Below, piece after piece: positions 41,914 through 52,359 of a stretch of 64,000 bases of DNA. The DNA is from an uncultured Bacteroidales bacterium (GTDB taxonomy: Bacteria > Bacteroidota > Bacteroidia > Bacteroidales > B18-G4): the NCBI GenBank assembly GCA_964404735.1, contig CAYOLA010000052.1, positions 3,452 through 67,451 on the forward strand. Direction: 5' to 3'. The notes under the pieces are model-generated. The model did no database searches and had not been told where the DNA came from. It worked only from the letters and a program-made list of their open reading frames with translations. Each line of letters begins with the position of its first letter. Positions within the stretch are counted from its first letter, which is position 1. Both the position numbers and the translations under genes were made by a program.

Positions 41914-42782
41914 CAGCTTATCTCCCTGATTTTATTTGCAATTTCTTCCAGTAGCCATGGCGGTGTGGAAGCCGCCCCACTGATCCCCACCGAAGCTGCA
42001 CCGGTGAACCATTCCGGGTCGATCTCCGCTGGAGTTGACACAAAATGGCTGTGCGGATTGGCTTGCCGGCAGGCATGAAAAAGTTTTTTGCCGTTGGCGC
42101 TTTTCTTTCCGCCGGTAAAAACGACCACATCATGCATTCGTACAAATTCCTGCAGTGCCGGCACACGCCGGCTGACATGCCTGCAAATGCTGTCGTAAGA
42201 AATAAAATCAGGTGCCGGGTTCAGCTTTTGCATGTTATTTCTGATGAGCGATGCCACTTTATCATATGCATCCCCATTCATGGTGGTTTGCGAAAATAAG
42301 CGCACCGGCCCGGTAAAGCCGGCAAGTTTCGCCTCTTCCAGCGAGCCGACCACAATGGCCCGGCCCATGGCATGGCCGGCCAGCCCGATCACTTCAGGAT
42401 GATCCTTCCTGCCGAATATCACCACCTGCCCGCCAAGCCGTTCCATCTCTTCTGCAGCCCTCTGTACCTTTTGTTGAAGGCGTTTTACAATGCCGCAGGT
42501 GGCATCGACCAGCCTGACGCCTGCTTCAGCAGCTACCCTGAATGTTTCGGGAGGTTCGCCGTGGGCACGGATAAGCAGTTTTTTATCTCCCATGAAAGGA
42601 ATGTCGGCATGGCCGGCAACGGACAAGCCTTTTTCGCTGAGCCGCTCCATCTCCCCTTCATTATGAAGAAGATCGCCCAGGCTGACCAATACCCCCTCTT
42701 CGCGGAGATTCCTTTCCGCTATGTCAAGAGCCTTTTTCACCCCCGGACAAAAACCTGCCTCCCTATCGATGACGATATTCAT
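41913..42782 (-). CDS. ispH: 4-hydroxy-3-methylbut-2-enyl diphosphate reductase
   Basis: AGFCPGV, RAHG, DATC, HPEV, SQTT, SIC, GAASTP. Confidence 0.95.
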   Translation of the reverse strand: MNIVIDREAGFCPGVKKALDIAERNLREEGVLVSLGDLLHNEGEMERLSEKGLSVAGHADIPFMGDKKLLIRAHGEPPETFRVAAEAGVRLVDATCGIVKRLQQKVQRAAEEMERLGGQVVIFGRKDHPEVIGLAGHAMGRAIVVGSLEEAKLAGFTGPVRLFSQTTMNGDAYDKVASLIRNNMQKLNPAPDFISYDSICRHVSRRVPALQEFVRMHDVVVFTGGKKSANGKKLFHACRQANPHSHFVSTPAEIDPEWFTGAASVGISGAASTPPWLLEEIANKIREIS

Positions 42783-42871
42783 GGAACACAAAGATAGTTA
42801 AAGGCGGGCTATAAATATGCCTTCTGTATAAGGAACCGGGGATTTATCCAATAAAAATTTCCGGCATGGGG

Positions 42872-43957
42872 CTATTGCCCGTTTCCTGCCGTTCGTTTCT
42901 TCGAAAACTCTTCGAGGTTAAGCGTAAGCGTGATATAGTTTGGAGATCCCACCAGGTGAAAGCGTGAGCGGGCATAGCTGAAGTGAAACTTTGATATCCT
43001 GATTCCCAGCCCCCATGAAAACCCGACGGTCGATTGTTTGGCAACCACCTTGTTATCCTGGCGCAGGCCATAGTTATAACCTCCCCTGAGGCTGAGGAAG
43101 TCGGTAATATTAAGTTCGGCCCCGATCACAATATGACGCATGGCCTTGTCGGCAAAATCGGCAAGACCGCCTTGTTCGCTCACCTCACCGGTGATGGGGT
43201 CGGTATTTCTGGCAAGGGCCAGCGGGTCCTCATAAGTAAGGTTCCATTTTTGCATATTATGATAGAGGAATGAGAATCGGAAGGGCAGGTGTTCGAGCCC
43301 TTTGGATACCCCGAACTGCAGCTCAAAGGGCAGGGGATGTGTCTGGCCGCTGTAATAGCCTTTCAGCATAAGGCCAATATTGCGGGCGATGAGTGAGGCG
43401 GTCAGGTCGGCCCGATCATGCACATAGGAACCTGCCACATCCACTGCCAGGCCAAAGCTGTTGTAGGATTCGAATGAAGAATAGATGCCCTTGATGTTCG
43501 CACCGATGGTCCAGTGGGGATGCAGCCTCCTCCCCCACCCGATATTGAGGGCATATTCACCGGCAGTGAAAGTGCCGTTACGCTGTCCGCTGGCATCGGC
43601 CCGGTCGAAGGTGCCATAATTGATAAACTGCATACTGGCGACAAATGTTCCCGCTCCTCCAATAGTACGGCCGTATTGGGCATAGCCGTAGTTGATCCCG
43701 GCAAAGTAATTGATAAAGCTTAAGCCAATGCGGTTATGCATGCCGTCGCTGATCAGTGAAGGGTTGGCCAGGGCCAGGGTAATATCATCATCGTATACGG
43801 CCAGGTAGTTCCCTCCCAAAGAAGCAATTCGTGCCGAATTGGGAAGTCCCAGAAATTCGTATGTGCTTTCACCGCCAATCTGGGCATTTGACATGCGGGG
43901 CATGATGAAAACAAAAATAAAGGAAAAGACTATCAGGTATTGATTTTTCACAGGCAT
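42872..43957 (-). CDS. porQ: Type IX secretion system protein PorQ
   Basis: AQIGGESTYEFLGLPNSARIASLGG, NPS, FadL/PorV-like barrel, GYNY..R. Confidence 0.85.
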   Translation of the reverse strand: MPVKNQYLIVFSFIFVFIMPRMSNAQIGGESTYEFLGLPNSARIASLGGNYLAVYDDDITLALANPSLISDGMHNRIGLSFINYFAGINYGYAQYGRTIGGAGTFVASMQFINYGTFDRADASGQRNGTFTAGEYALNIGWGRRLHPHWTIGANIKGIYSSFESYNSFGLAVDVAGSYVHDRADLTASLIARNIGLMLKGYYSGQTHPLPFELQFGVSKGLEHLPFRFSFLYHNMQKWNLTYEDPLALARNTDPITGEVSEQGGLADFADKAMRHIVIGAELNITDFLSLRGGYNYGLRQDNKVVAKQSTVGFSWGLGIRISKFHFSYARSRFHLVGSPNYITLTLNLEEFSKKRTAGNGQ

Positions 43958-44156
43958 AAAATAAGATCGTTCCGATAATATTATCTAACGACTTTCGGTC
44001 ATTATTATTTTACAGACAGAAGTTCATACAAAAAGATGCCCAAAAATAGTCAAAAAATGGAGACAGATGTTCCAATTTGTTATGTCAGTGAGACTGTCTT
44101 TTCATGAACGAAGTGAAGTAAAAAGGCTTAGTCGAACTAATCCCCGATTTATCGGG

Positions 44157-44202
44157 ATTGTTATATTGTTATATTGTTATATTGTTATATTGTTATATTG
44201 TT
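44157..44202. repeat. Tandem octamer (ATTGTTAT), 5 perfect copies plus a partial
   Basis: Read directly from the sequence. Confidence 0.95.
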
Positions 44203-44206
44203 TTAG

Positions 44207-44262
44207 TGCCTGCCCCGATTTCTAATGGGCTAAATGCCTGCCCCGATTTCTCGGGGGCTAAA
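44207..44262. repeat. 28-bp tandem duplication of a REP-like unit
   Basis: TGCCTGCCCCGATTTCTAATGGGCTAAA / TGCCTGCCCCGATTTCTCGGGGGCTAAA. Confidence 0.85.
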
Positions 44263-44304
44263 TAGCTTAATGGTTTAATTAAGGTGCGGGGGACGGGGAA
44301 CGAG

Positions 44305-44448
44305 TCAGATATCAGAGTTCAGAGTTCAGATTTCAGGGTTTCCGTCCCGCCAGGGCGGGATCTTTGCTACGCAGCAACGGGGTACGGGGAGTTCCAATTT
44401 CTAAATTCACTTCAGATTTCAAACATCAAATATCAGATATCAGATTTC
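44305..44448. repeat. Two degenerate heptamer arrays (TCAGAnn) flanking a GC hairpin
   Basis: Arrays at 44305-44340 and 44412-44448; hairpin TCCCGCC-AG-GGCGGGA at 44345-44360. Confidence 0.8.
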
Positions 44449-44472
44449 TCATCCTCCCATAGTCTCTCCTTC

Positions 44473-46746
44473 TCAGTTTCCCTTGCTGCGGATCAGGTTC
44501 AGCGCACTGCCGGCCTTAAACCACTTGATCTGGTTTTTGTTATAGCTGTGGTTCACCGGGAAAGTGTGTGAAGTCCCGTCATGGTGATGCAGCGTCACGT
44601 TCAACTGTTTGCCGGGGCGGAAATTCTCCAGGCCGATCACATCGATGCGGTCATCTTCCAGCACCTGATTGTAATCCGCCTTATCGGCAAAGGTCAGGGC
44701 CAGCATGCCCTGCTTTTTGAGGTTGGTTTCGTGTATCCTGGCAAAGGATTTTACCAGCACCACCTTCACGCCCAGGTTCCGCGGCTCCATGGCGGCATGT
44801 TCCCTGGAAGAGCCTTCCCCATAGTTCTCATCGCCGACCACCACGCTACCCGGCCCATTAGCCTTGTAGTATCGGGCGGCATCGGGCACCGGTATATAGT
44901 CGCCGTTTTCCTGGTTCTTAACCTTGTTGGTTTCATCATTATAGGCATTCACCGCCCCGATGAGCATATTATTCGATATATTATCGAGATGGCCACGGTA
45001 CCGCAGCCAGGGACCGGCCATGGAAATATGGTCGGTAGTGCATTTCCCTTTGGCTTTGATCAGGAGGTTTAGTCCGTTCATATCCTTTCCGTCCCAGGCA
45101 GGGAAGGGTATCAGTAACTGCAGGCGTTCCGAACCGGGTTTCACGATCACCTCAATGCTGCTGCCGTCTTCGGCGGGAGCCTGGTAACCGGCATCTTCAA
45201 CGGCAAAGCCTTTTACGGGGAATTCAATTCCCGTGGGTTCGTCCAGTTTTACTTTTTCGCCATCCTTGTTCACCAGATAATCGGTCATGGGGTTAAAATA
45301 CAGCGTACCGGCAATGGCAAAGGCGGTCACGATCTCCGGCGAAGCCACGAAACCATGGGTATTGGGATTGCCGTCGTTCCGCTTCGCGAAATTCCGGTTG
45401 AAGGAGGTCATGATCGAATTCTTCTCCTGCTTGTCGGCACCGTGGCGCGCCCACTGCCCGATGCAGGGGCCGCAGGCATTGGCAAGCACCAAGCCGCCGA
45501 TCTTCTCGAATACATCCAGGTAGCCATCCCGTTCAACGGTATAGCGCACCTGCTCCGAACCCGGGGTTACGGTATATTCCGACTTCACTTTCAGTTTTTT
45601 GTCGATGGCCTGCCGGGCCACGGAAGCCGCACGGGTAATATCTTCGTAGGAGGAGTTGGTGCAACTGCCTATAAGGCCTACTTCCAGCTTCGCAGGCCAG
45701 CCGTTTTTCTTCACTGCTTCGGCGAACTGCGATACAGGTGTGGCCAGGTCGGGGGTGAAGGGCCCGTTGATGAATGGCTCGAGCTCCGACAGGTTGATCT
45801 CGATCAGTTCGTCAAAATACTTTTCAGGTTCGGCATATACTTCCGGGTCGCCGGTAAGATGTCCGGCGATCTTATCGGCTTCTGCAGCCACCATATCCCT
45901 GCCGGTACCCGTCAGGTATTCGCGCATTTTGGCATCGTATCCGAATATGGAAGTGGTTGCGCCAATTTCGGCACCCATATTGCAAATGGTGCCCTTGCCG
46001 GTGCAGGAGATACTTTGGGCACCTTCGCCGAAGTACTCAAGGATGGCACCGGTACCGCCTTTCACGGTGAGGATGCCGGCCACTTTCAGGATCACGTCCT
46101 TGGCGCTGGTCCATCCGCTGAGCCTGCCTGTAAGCTTTACACCGATGAGCTTCGGAAACTTCAGTTCCCAGGACATCCCTGCCATCACATCCACGGCATC
46201 GGCTCCGCCAACACCAATGGCCACCATGCCCAGGCCACCTGCGTTAACGGTATGGGAATCGGTACCGATCATCATCCCCCCCGGAAAAGCATAGTTCTCA
46301 AGCACCACCTGGTGAATGATTCCGCCCCCCGGTTTCCAGAAGCCGATACCATATTTATTCGACACAGACGCCAGGAAGTCAAACACTTCCTTATTGGCAT
46401 CGTTGGCGGTCTTCAGGTCTGCTGCAGCACCCAGCCTGGCCTGTATAAGGTGGTCGCAGTGCACCGTTGAAGGCACGGCCGCCTTGTCTTTACCGGCCTG
46501 CATAAACTGCAGCAGGGCCATCTGTGCCGTGGCATCCTGCATGGCCACCCGGTCGGGTCTGAAATCAACATAGGATTCACCCCTGACATAAGCCTTTTTG
46601 GCTTCGCCTTCATCAAGGTGTGCGTACAATATTTTTTCAGTCAGGCTGAGGGGCCTTCCCACTGCCCTACGCGCGGCTTTAACACGTGAAGCCATCACTG
46701 CATAAACAGACCTGATCATGTCGAAATCAAATACCTTTTCCATCAT
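44473..46746 (-). CDS. acnA: Aconitate hydratase (mitochondrial-like)
   Basis: [38 protein letters not shown]. Confidence 0.97.
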   Translation of the reverse strand: MMEKVFDFDMIRSVYAVMASRVKAARRAVGRPLSLTEKILYAHLDEGEAKKAYVRGESYVDFRPDRVAMQDATAQMALLQFMQAGKDKAAVPSTVHCDHLIQARLGAAADLKTANDANKEVFDFLASVSNKYGIGFWKPGGGIIHQVVLENYAFPGGMMIGTDSHTVNAGGLGMVAIGVGGADAVDVMAGMSWELKFPKLIGVKLTGRLSGWTSAKDVILKVAGILTVKGGTGAILEYFGEGAQSISCTGKGTICNMGAEIGATTSIFGYDAKMREYLTGTGRDMVAAEADKIAGHLTGDPEVYAEPEKYFDELIEINLSELEPFINGPFTPDLATPVSQFAEAVKKNGWPAKLEVGLIGSCTNSSYEDITRAASVARQAIDKKLKVKSEYTVTPGSEQVRYTVERDGYLDVFEKIGGLVLANACGPCIGQWARHGADKQEKNSIMTSFNRNFAKRNDGNPNTHGFVASPEIVTAFAIAGTLYFNPMTDYLVNKDGEKVKLDEPTGIEFPVKGFAVEDAGYQAPAEDGSSIEVIVKPGSERLQLLIPFPAWDGKDMNGLNLLIKAKGKCTTDHISMAGPWLRYRGHLDNISNNMLIGAVNAYNDETNKVKNQENGDYIPVPDAARYYKANGPGSVVVGDENYGEGSSREHAAMEPRNLGVKVVLVKSFARIHETNLKKQGMLALTFADKADYNQVLEDDRIDVIGLENFRPGKQLNVTLHHHDGTSHTFPVNHSYNKNQIKWFKAGSALNLIRSKGN

Positions 46747-46840
46747 GCTTATATTCTTTTTATTGGTTGCCCCGCGGGCCGGGGCCTTTGGTTATATATA
46801 CAATTATTAACGGTTTTTGTTTCAGATCAGCAAAGCCGGA

Positions 46841-48469
46841 TTATTCAGAAAGGGGCTTCCAGTCGGCAAAATGATCGGATACCACGAAAGTTTTGGGCTC
46901 TGTGGAATAAAACCCGTTCGAGTTGTAGGTCCAGCCCATCGTTGCCGATCCCCCGGCATTTTCGGTCGTGATCAGAAAGCGGTTCGACAGGTGCCCGAAG
47001 TAGTTTGCCTGGTTGCGTGGCAGTTCCTGGTCGCCGCCGCTCGGGTCCACGGGTATCCAGCCATAGTTGGGCAGGTAAACCTCCACCCAACGGTGAAATA
47101 CATCATCCATGCAATCGTCATCACCACGCACCACCACCGCACCGACATAACGTGCCGGCAAGCCGGCGGCCCGGCACATTGCAATATAGACGAATGCATA
47201 TTCCGAACAGGAGCCGTTGCCGCGTTCAAGCACGGTAGGCGCGGTATTCCAGCCTCCGGCCATCTCGTAATACATATTATCCATCAGGTAGTTGTAGATC
47301 TTGCGTGCAATCCAGTAAGGGTTCTTCTCATCGCCCACTGCCGCATGCAGCGCCCGGGTGATGACCGGATGGTCGAACTGGTATTTTTCATTGTTTTCGT
47401 AATAGGCAGCCGGCATATCGGCGGGAACATCCTCCAGTCCGCCCACTTTATCGGGATAAATAAAATAACGGATCTCCGATATCCTCGCAGTGGTAACCAT
47501 TTCAGCCTGTACCTTGTTGCCCGCCATCACATCAGCATAAGCGTAATGGGCGGTCTGCTGCCTGCTTCTGTCAGTCACAACTTCATAGCCAGGTGTAAGC
47601 ACCATGCTTTCGATCACCTGGTTATCCCTGTTAACGGGTATGGCCAAATGTATATCGGCAGTGAGCATGGTTCCCGGCCCGAAGTTGGTCAGCATATGTG
47701 TGTAGGTTACCTGTGCATGCCGTTCATTTTTAAGCACGAAGCGGTCGTCATCCCTGGCAACCAGGCAATACAGCTTGTCGTTCTGCGAATCCACTGCCCA
47801 AACATGCTTTCCGTCCCATGCCAGTCCGCGTGTAAAGGGCCCCGGTGCATCGGTCATGATGAGCACCTGCCCGTTTTCGGGATCCACCATATAAATTTCA
47901 TCCTGTATGCGGTCCGACACCCAGAGGTATTGCCCGTCATAGGCCAGTCCGCGGGGGTCGTTAGCCGGAGCGCGCAGGGTGACGATGGTGGTGCCGTCGT
48001 CGGGGCTGAACTGTATGATCTCCCGGGCAGCATCGTCAACACACCAGAGGTAGCGGCCGTCCCAGGCCAGGTCGCGCGGGCGCGGTGTAGGTGCCGAAAT
48101 TACTTTCAATATATTTCCATTCTCAGGATCAATCCTGTAAATAAGTCCCTGGTAGTTTTCCTGTAAAGGCAGACCACCTTTTACATCGGCACACCAGAGG
48201 GCCTCACCATCCCAGGCCAGGCCGGAAGGCCAGTAGGCAGGTGAAGGCAACGCACGCAATACACTTCCGTCGGCTGCATCAATACAATAAAGGATTTGCG
48301 CCTTGCGGTCGGCCATCCAGATGTTTTTACCGTCAAAGGCCAGTCCGGTCGGGAACTGCCCCGGTGTATCAAAAACCTTGAGCACCTCGCCCGGATAGGC
48401 ATGGATAGCCAAAGGCATCAGCATCCCGCACAGGAGGATGGCAGCAAACAGCTTTCTCGTTTTCTTCAT
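46841..48469 (-). CDS. Secreted beta-propeller plus transglutaminase-like domain protein
   Basis: Signal peptide; five P.GLA.DG..LW repeats; GSCSEY / FHRWVEVY / WIPVDP triad. Confidence 0.88.
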   Translation of the reverse strand: MKKTRKLFAAILLCGMLMPLAIHAYPGEVLKVFDTPGQFPTGLAFDGKNIWMADRKAQILYCIDAADGSVLRALPSPAYWPSGLAWDGEALWCADVKGGLPLQENYQGLIYRIDPENGNILKVISAPTPRPRDLAWDGRYLWCVDDAAREIIQFSPDDGTTIVTLRAPANDPRGLAYDGQYLWVSDRIQDEIYMVDPENGQVLIMTDAPGPFTRGLAWDGKHVWAVDSQNDKLYCLVARDDDRFVLKNERHAQVTYTHMLTNFGPGTMLTADIHLAIPVNRDNQVIESMVLTPGYEVVTDRSRQQTAHYAYADVMAGNKVQAEMVTTARISEIRYFIYPDKVGGLEDVPADMPAAYYENNEKYQFDHPVITRALHAAVGDEKNPYWIARKIYNYLMDNMYYEMAGGWNTAPTVLERGNGSCSEYAFVYIAMCRAAGLPARYVGAVVVRGDDDCMDDVFHRWVEVYLPNYGWIPVDPSGGDQELPRNQANYFGHLSNRFLITTENAGGSATMGWTYNSNGFYSTEPKTFVVSDHFADWKPLSE

Positions 48470-48481
48470 GATTCCTGAATG

Positions 48482-49441
48482 TTAACTTTCCAGCAAGCCC
48501 CGGCCGGTCTTTACAATCATACTGCTGGCCTTCATGTCGGCAATGAGCTTGTCGAGGATACCGTTGATAAAAACTTTGCTTTTTTCGGAGCTGTAATATT
48601 TAGAGATGTCAATGTATTCATTCAGGGTAACCTTCACCGGGATGGTGGGGAATTCGACAAGTTCGGCCAGGGCCATTTTTATCAGGATCACGTCCATCAA
48701 TGCAATGCGCTCTATTTCCCAGTTACTGGCTTTCTCATCGATCATCTTTTCAAAGGTATCGTTTCCCATAATGGTCTTTCGCCACAACCGCACCATGAAC
48801 TCCCGGTCTTCTTTCTCCGCTTCGGTACTGAGCAGGGCAGGCAGGGGCATCCGGTCATCGTCTGTTTCGCGGATCATTTTTAGCAGTTTAACCAGTAACA
48901 TGCTGGCCGTATAATAAGAATCAAAGGCCCAGAAAACCGACTTATCCTCAAAAAACTGTTCGAGCAGTTCATACTCGGTTAAAACCTTCCGCACAAGCCT
49001 GGCTGCAAAGTCGCGGTCGTTGGCAAAACTGCTTTCTGTCTGGCTCATATAGGTTTTGTAAAAACTTTTACCCCTCATCTCAATATAAGCCTTTCTGACC
49101 ATCCCCTGCTCATCGGCCCAGTTAATCCTGAGCTGCTTGTGCATGCGCAGGTACTCGCGATTGTTTTCAAGTTTTTTAAGCAGGCGGTTCTCAACAAAAC
49201 GCATGTTGGGATTCAGGTCGTCTTCGGTTGGAAAATATTTTTTTTTGTTCTCTTCGGAGCGGTTGTGGGCAAAGTCCCTGATCTCGATAAGAAACGACAA
49301 CTGGTAAATGACCAGTTCATACAGTTTATCGATACTCTGGAACAGCAGCCTTTCGCTTTTGGCCAGATCGGCGCTTTCATCCTGAAAATAGGCATACATT
49401 GCCTGTAAAACTTTGATCCTTAAGTGCCTTCTGCTCAGCAT
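48482..49441 (-). CDS. nusB: Transcription antitermination factor NusB (long Bacteroidota form)
   Basis: MLSRRHLRIKVLQAMYA; IPVKVTLNEYID; FINGILD. Confidence 0.95.
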   Translation of the reverse strand: MLSRRHLRIKVLQAMYAYFQDESADLAKSERLLFQSIDKLYELVIYQLSFLIEIRDFAHNRSEENKKKYFPTEDDLNPNMRFVENRLLKKLENNREYLRMHKQLRINWADEQGMVRKAYIEMRGKSFYKTYMSQTESSFANDRDFAARLVRKVLTEYELLEQFFEDKSVFWAFDSYYTASMLLVKLLKMIRETDDDRMPLPALLSTEAEKEDREFMVRLWRKTIMGNDTFEKMIDEKASNWEIERIALMDVILIKMALAELVEFPTIPVKVTLNEYIDISKYYSSEKSKVFINGILDKLIADMKASSMIVKTGRGLLES

Positions 49442-49649
49442 ACAGGTATGAACGATGGTTAAAAAAATACTCTGTTGCTGCAAAAGTAGAAATATAATCC
49501 AGAAATCTTCAATAAAAAAGCAAATGCCGAAAAACAGAAAGTCATGACATTGATTTTATCCCTTGCAATATTGATCGCCACATTGAAGATGCAATCATTT
49601 TTTGTTCAGCAGCTTACAACAATTTCACTAACTTTGCAGACATAGATAA

Positions 49650-51575
49650 ATGCCAATGGATATCAGGAATGTTCTCGTCAAATACTGGGGTTATAATGCC
49701 TTCCGGCCGCTGCAGGAAGATATTATCAGGTCGGTGATGGATGGGCGTGACACCCTGGCTCTGCTGCCAACAGGCGGCGGGAAGTCGATCTGTTACCAGG
49801 TGCCGGGTATGGCGATGGAAGGGCTGTGCCTGGTGATCACGCCCCTGATCGCGCTCATGAAGGACCAGGTTGAAAACCTCCGTAACCGCGGTATCAGGGC
49901 GGGAGCAATCCATTCAGGCATGCATGCCCGCGAGATCGACCTCATGATCAACAACAGCATCTATGGTGAACTGAAATTCCTGTATGTCTCTCCCGAGCGG
50001 CTTGAGTCGCCAGCATTCAGGCAGAACATCGAAAGGATGAAGGTAAACATCCTGGCTGTTGATGAAGCCCACTGCATCTCGCAATGGGGTTACGATTTCA
50101 GGCCTCCCTACCTGAATATTGCAGAGATCAGGCCCCTGACGGGAAATGCCCCGGTGATGGCACTCACGGCAACCGCAACCAAAGATGTGATCGCCGACAT
50201 TCAGCAAAAACTGAAATTCGGTGAAGAAAATGTGATCAGGAAAAGCTTCGAAAGGAAAAACCTCTCCTATGTGGTTTTCAGGGAAGAAGACAAGGAAGGG
50301 AGGCTGATCAAAATTGCCGGCAATGTCCGCGGCACCGGCATCGTTTATGTCCGCAACAGAAGGAAATGCCGCGAGGTATCCGACTTCCTGAACAGCAAGG
50401 GAGTGAAGGCGACCTATTACCATGCCGGACTTGAACAGAATATCAGGGAACACCGGCAGGAAGAATGGATGAAGGATAAAAAACGGATCATGGTGGCCAC
50501 CAATGCTTTCGGTATGGGTATCGACAAGCCCGGTGTGCGATTTGTGGTGCATTTCGACCTCCCCGACAGCCTCGAAGCCTATTTCCAGGAAGCCGGACGC
50601 GCCGGCAGGGACGAAAAAAAGGCCTATGCCGTGCTGCTTTATGAAGAAGCCGACATCCGCAATGCCAAACAAAACCTCTCGGTCTCATACCCCGACCCCC
50701 ACGTGATCAGGGCTGTTTATGCCTCCATCGGGAATTATTTTCAACTGCCTGTAGGCAGTGGCAACAACCAGCGTTTCGACTTCGACCTGCATGATTTTTC
50801 GGCCCGCTACCGCATGAATGCCGGGACTGTTTTCAGTGCCCTCAAAATACTGGAAAAAGAGGGCCTGATCATGCTTGGGCCCGATATCGAGACGCCCTCG
50901 AAGATCATGTTCAACATGAACCATAACGAACTTTATACCTTCCAGGTTGAAAACCCGCCATTCGATCCTTTAATCAAGTTGTTGCTCAGGTCGTACGGCG
51001 GGCTGTTCAACGAGTTCATCAGGATCAGTGAAAAAGAACTGGCCAAACGTGCCGCCACCGGGCCTGAAAAGATCGTTGGAATGCTTCAGAAACTCCATAA
51101 AACGGATATCCTTACCTACATTCCCAAATCCGACAAGCCGCAAATAGTGATCACCCACGACCGGCTCGACAGCAAATCGCTGAGCTTCGGGGGCAGCACT
51201 TACGGAAACCGTAAAAAGGCAGCCATGAAACGCATGCAGGCTGTTCTCGACTATATACAGTCGACCAGCCAGTGCCGGAGCCAGATGCTTTTACAATATT
51301 TCGACGAAGCGAAAGCACAGCGTTGCGGTATCTGCGACGTTTGCCTCAACAGAAACAAGATCAATGTAAGTGAGATCGAATTTGACAACATACTGCAAGT
51401 CCTGAAGCCCGCCCTGAAAGAAAAAGCACAGGGCCTCAACGAACTCCTCTTTATTGCCGGAAAGTTTCCCGACGACAAGGTGATCAATGTGGTGATGTGG
51501 CTGGTCGACAACGAAAAAATCGACCTGGATGAAAAGGGTCTTTATTCATGGAGAAAGCAGTTTAAAATATTTTAA
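49650..51575 (+). CDS. recQ: RecQ-family ATP-dependent DNA helicase (second Bacteroidota RecQ type)
   Basis: PTGGGKS, DEAHCISQWG, QEAGRAGRD, CR...YF...CGICDVC. Confidence 0.95.
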   Translation: MPMDIRNVLVKYWGYNAFRPLQEDIIRSVMDGRDTLALLPTGGGKSICYQVPGMAMEGLCLVITPLIALMKDQVENLRNRGIRAGAIHSGMHAREIDLMINNSIYGELKFLYVSPERLESPAFRQNIERMKVNILAVDEAHCISQWGYDFRPPYLNIAEIRPLTGNAPVMALTATATKDVIADIQQKLKFGEENVIRKSFERKNLSYVVFREEDKEGRLIKIAGNVRGTGIVYVRNRRKCREVSDFLNSKGVKATYYHAGLEQNIREHRQEEWMKDKKRIMVATNAFGMGIDKPGVRFVVHFDLPDSLEAYFQEAGRAGRDEKKAYAVLLYEEADIRNAKQNLSVSYPDPHVIRAVYASIGNYFQLPVGSGNNQRFDFDLHDFSARYRMNAGTVFSALKILEKEGLIMLGPDIETPSKIMFNMNHNELYTFQVENPPFDPLIKLLLRSYGGLFNEFIRISEKELAKRAATGPEKIVGMLQKLHKTDILTYIPKSDKPQIVITHDRLDSKSLSFGGSTYGNRKKAAMKRMQAVLDYIQSTSQCRSQMLLQYFDEAKAQRCGICDVCLNRNKINVSEIEFDNILQVLKPALKEKAQGLNELLFIAGKFPDDKVINVVMWLVDNEKIDLDEKGLYSWRKQFKIF

Positions 51576-51587
51576 TGCTATTTTTAC

Positions 51588-52343
51588 ATGCTCAAAAACC
51601 ATCGCTTTATGAGACAGTTTTCAGTTACAGCCTGCCTCCTGCTGATAATGGCTTTGTTTTCGAATACAGGCCGTGCACAGGAGGGTGATGTATATGTGAG
51701 CCTTGCCGGGGGGGTGAGTATTCCCCTGGCCGATTATGCAGCAACGGATTTTAGCAGGGAAACATCCGGCTTTGCAAAGCCCGGCGGTAATTTCACCATC
51801 CATTTCGGCTACCGCCTGAATGAATACCTGAGCCTCTGCGGTTTGCTCAGTGGCGGTGTAAACCGTTTCGACTACATCAGCGTTCAGGATGAATTAAACA
51901 AAATATACAATGATGTTTTGCCCGACACGCGCTGGGTGGTTGAAACCAAAAGCTGGGGCCTTGGCGGACTGCTGGCGGGACTGAATGCTTCGCTGCCCCT
52001 GCAAGCACGGAGGTTGTATCTCGAAGCCAGGCTGCTGGGAGGTTTCATCTATGCATATTCGCCAGCCGTATATATTTCCGGACTGGAAAGCGGAGCGGAA
52101 GACAAAACCATCACCATCGAACAAAGCGCAGCGCCTGCCTGGTCATTTGATGCCGGAGCCGGCTTCCGTTACCAGCGCAGCAAAAAACAGTATTTTACAC
52201 TATATGCTGATTATGTTTATGCACAACCCTATTTCAAGGACGTGCGCACCAACAGCAATTTTGCTTACGAACGCGACGATGCATACAGCCAGAAGACAGG
52301 CGCCCTGAACATCACCCTGGGCATCGGGTATATCGTAAACTGA
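51588..52343 (+). CDS. Outer-membrane beta-barrel protein
   Basis: Signal peptide, amphipathic strands, terminal LNITLGIGY. Confidence 0.75.
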   Translation: MLKNHRFMRQFSVTACLLLIMALFSNTGRAQEGDVYVSLAGGVSIPLADYAATDFSRETSGFAKPGGNFTIHFGYRLNEYLSLCGLLSGGVNRFDYISVQDELNKIYNDVLPDTRWVVETKSWGLGGLLAGLNASLPLQARRLYLEARLLGGFIYAYSPAVYISGLESGAEDKTITIEQSAAPAWSFDAGAGFRYQRSKKQYFTLYADYVYAQPYFKDVRTNSNFAYERDDAYSQKTGALNITLGIGYIVN

Positions 52344-52359
52344 TCCATTATCGCCAAAA

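Noticed and set aside
44139-44450. Possible CRISPR array
   Set aside because: Repeats are 7-8 nt tandem units or a single 28-bp duplication without unique spacers; no cas genes are present.
46817-48166. 449-aa plus-strand ORF, and similar long ORFs at 8244-9434, 14133-15167, 20926-21777 and 45355-46470
   Set aside because: They are antisense shadows of well-supported genes, with no motifs; expected from codon bias.
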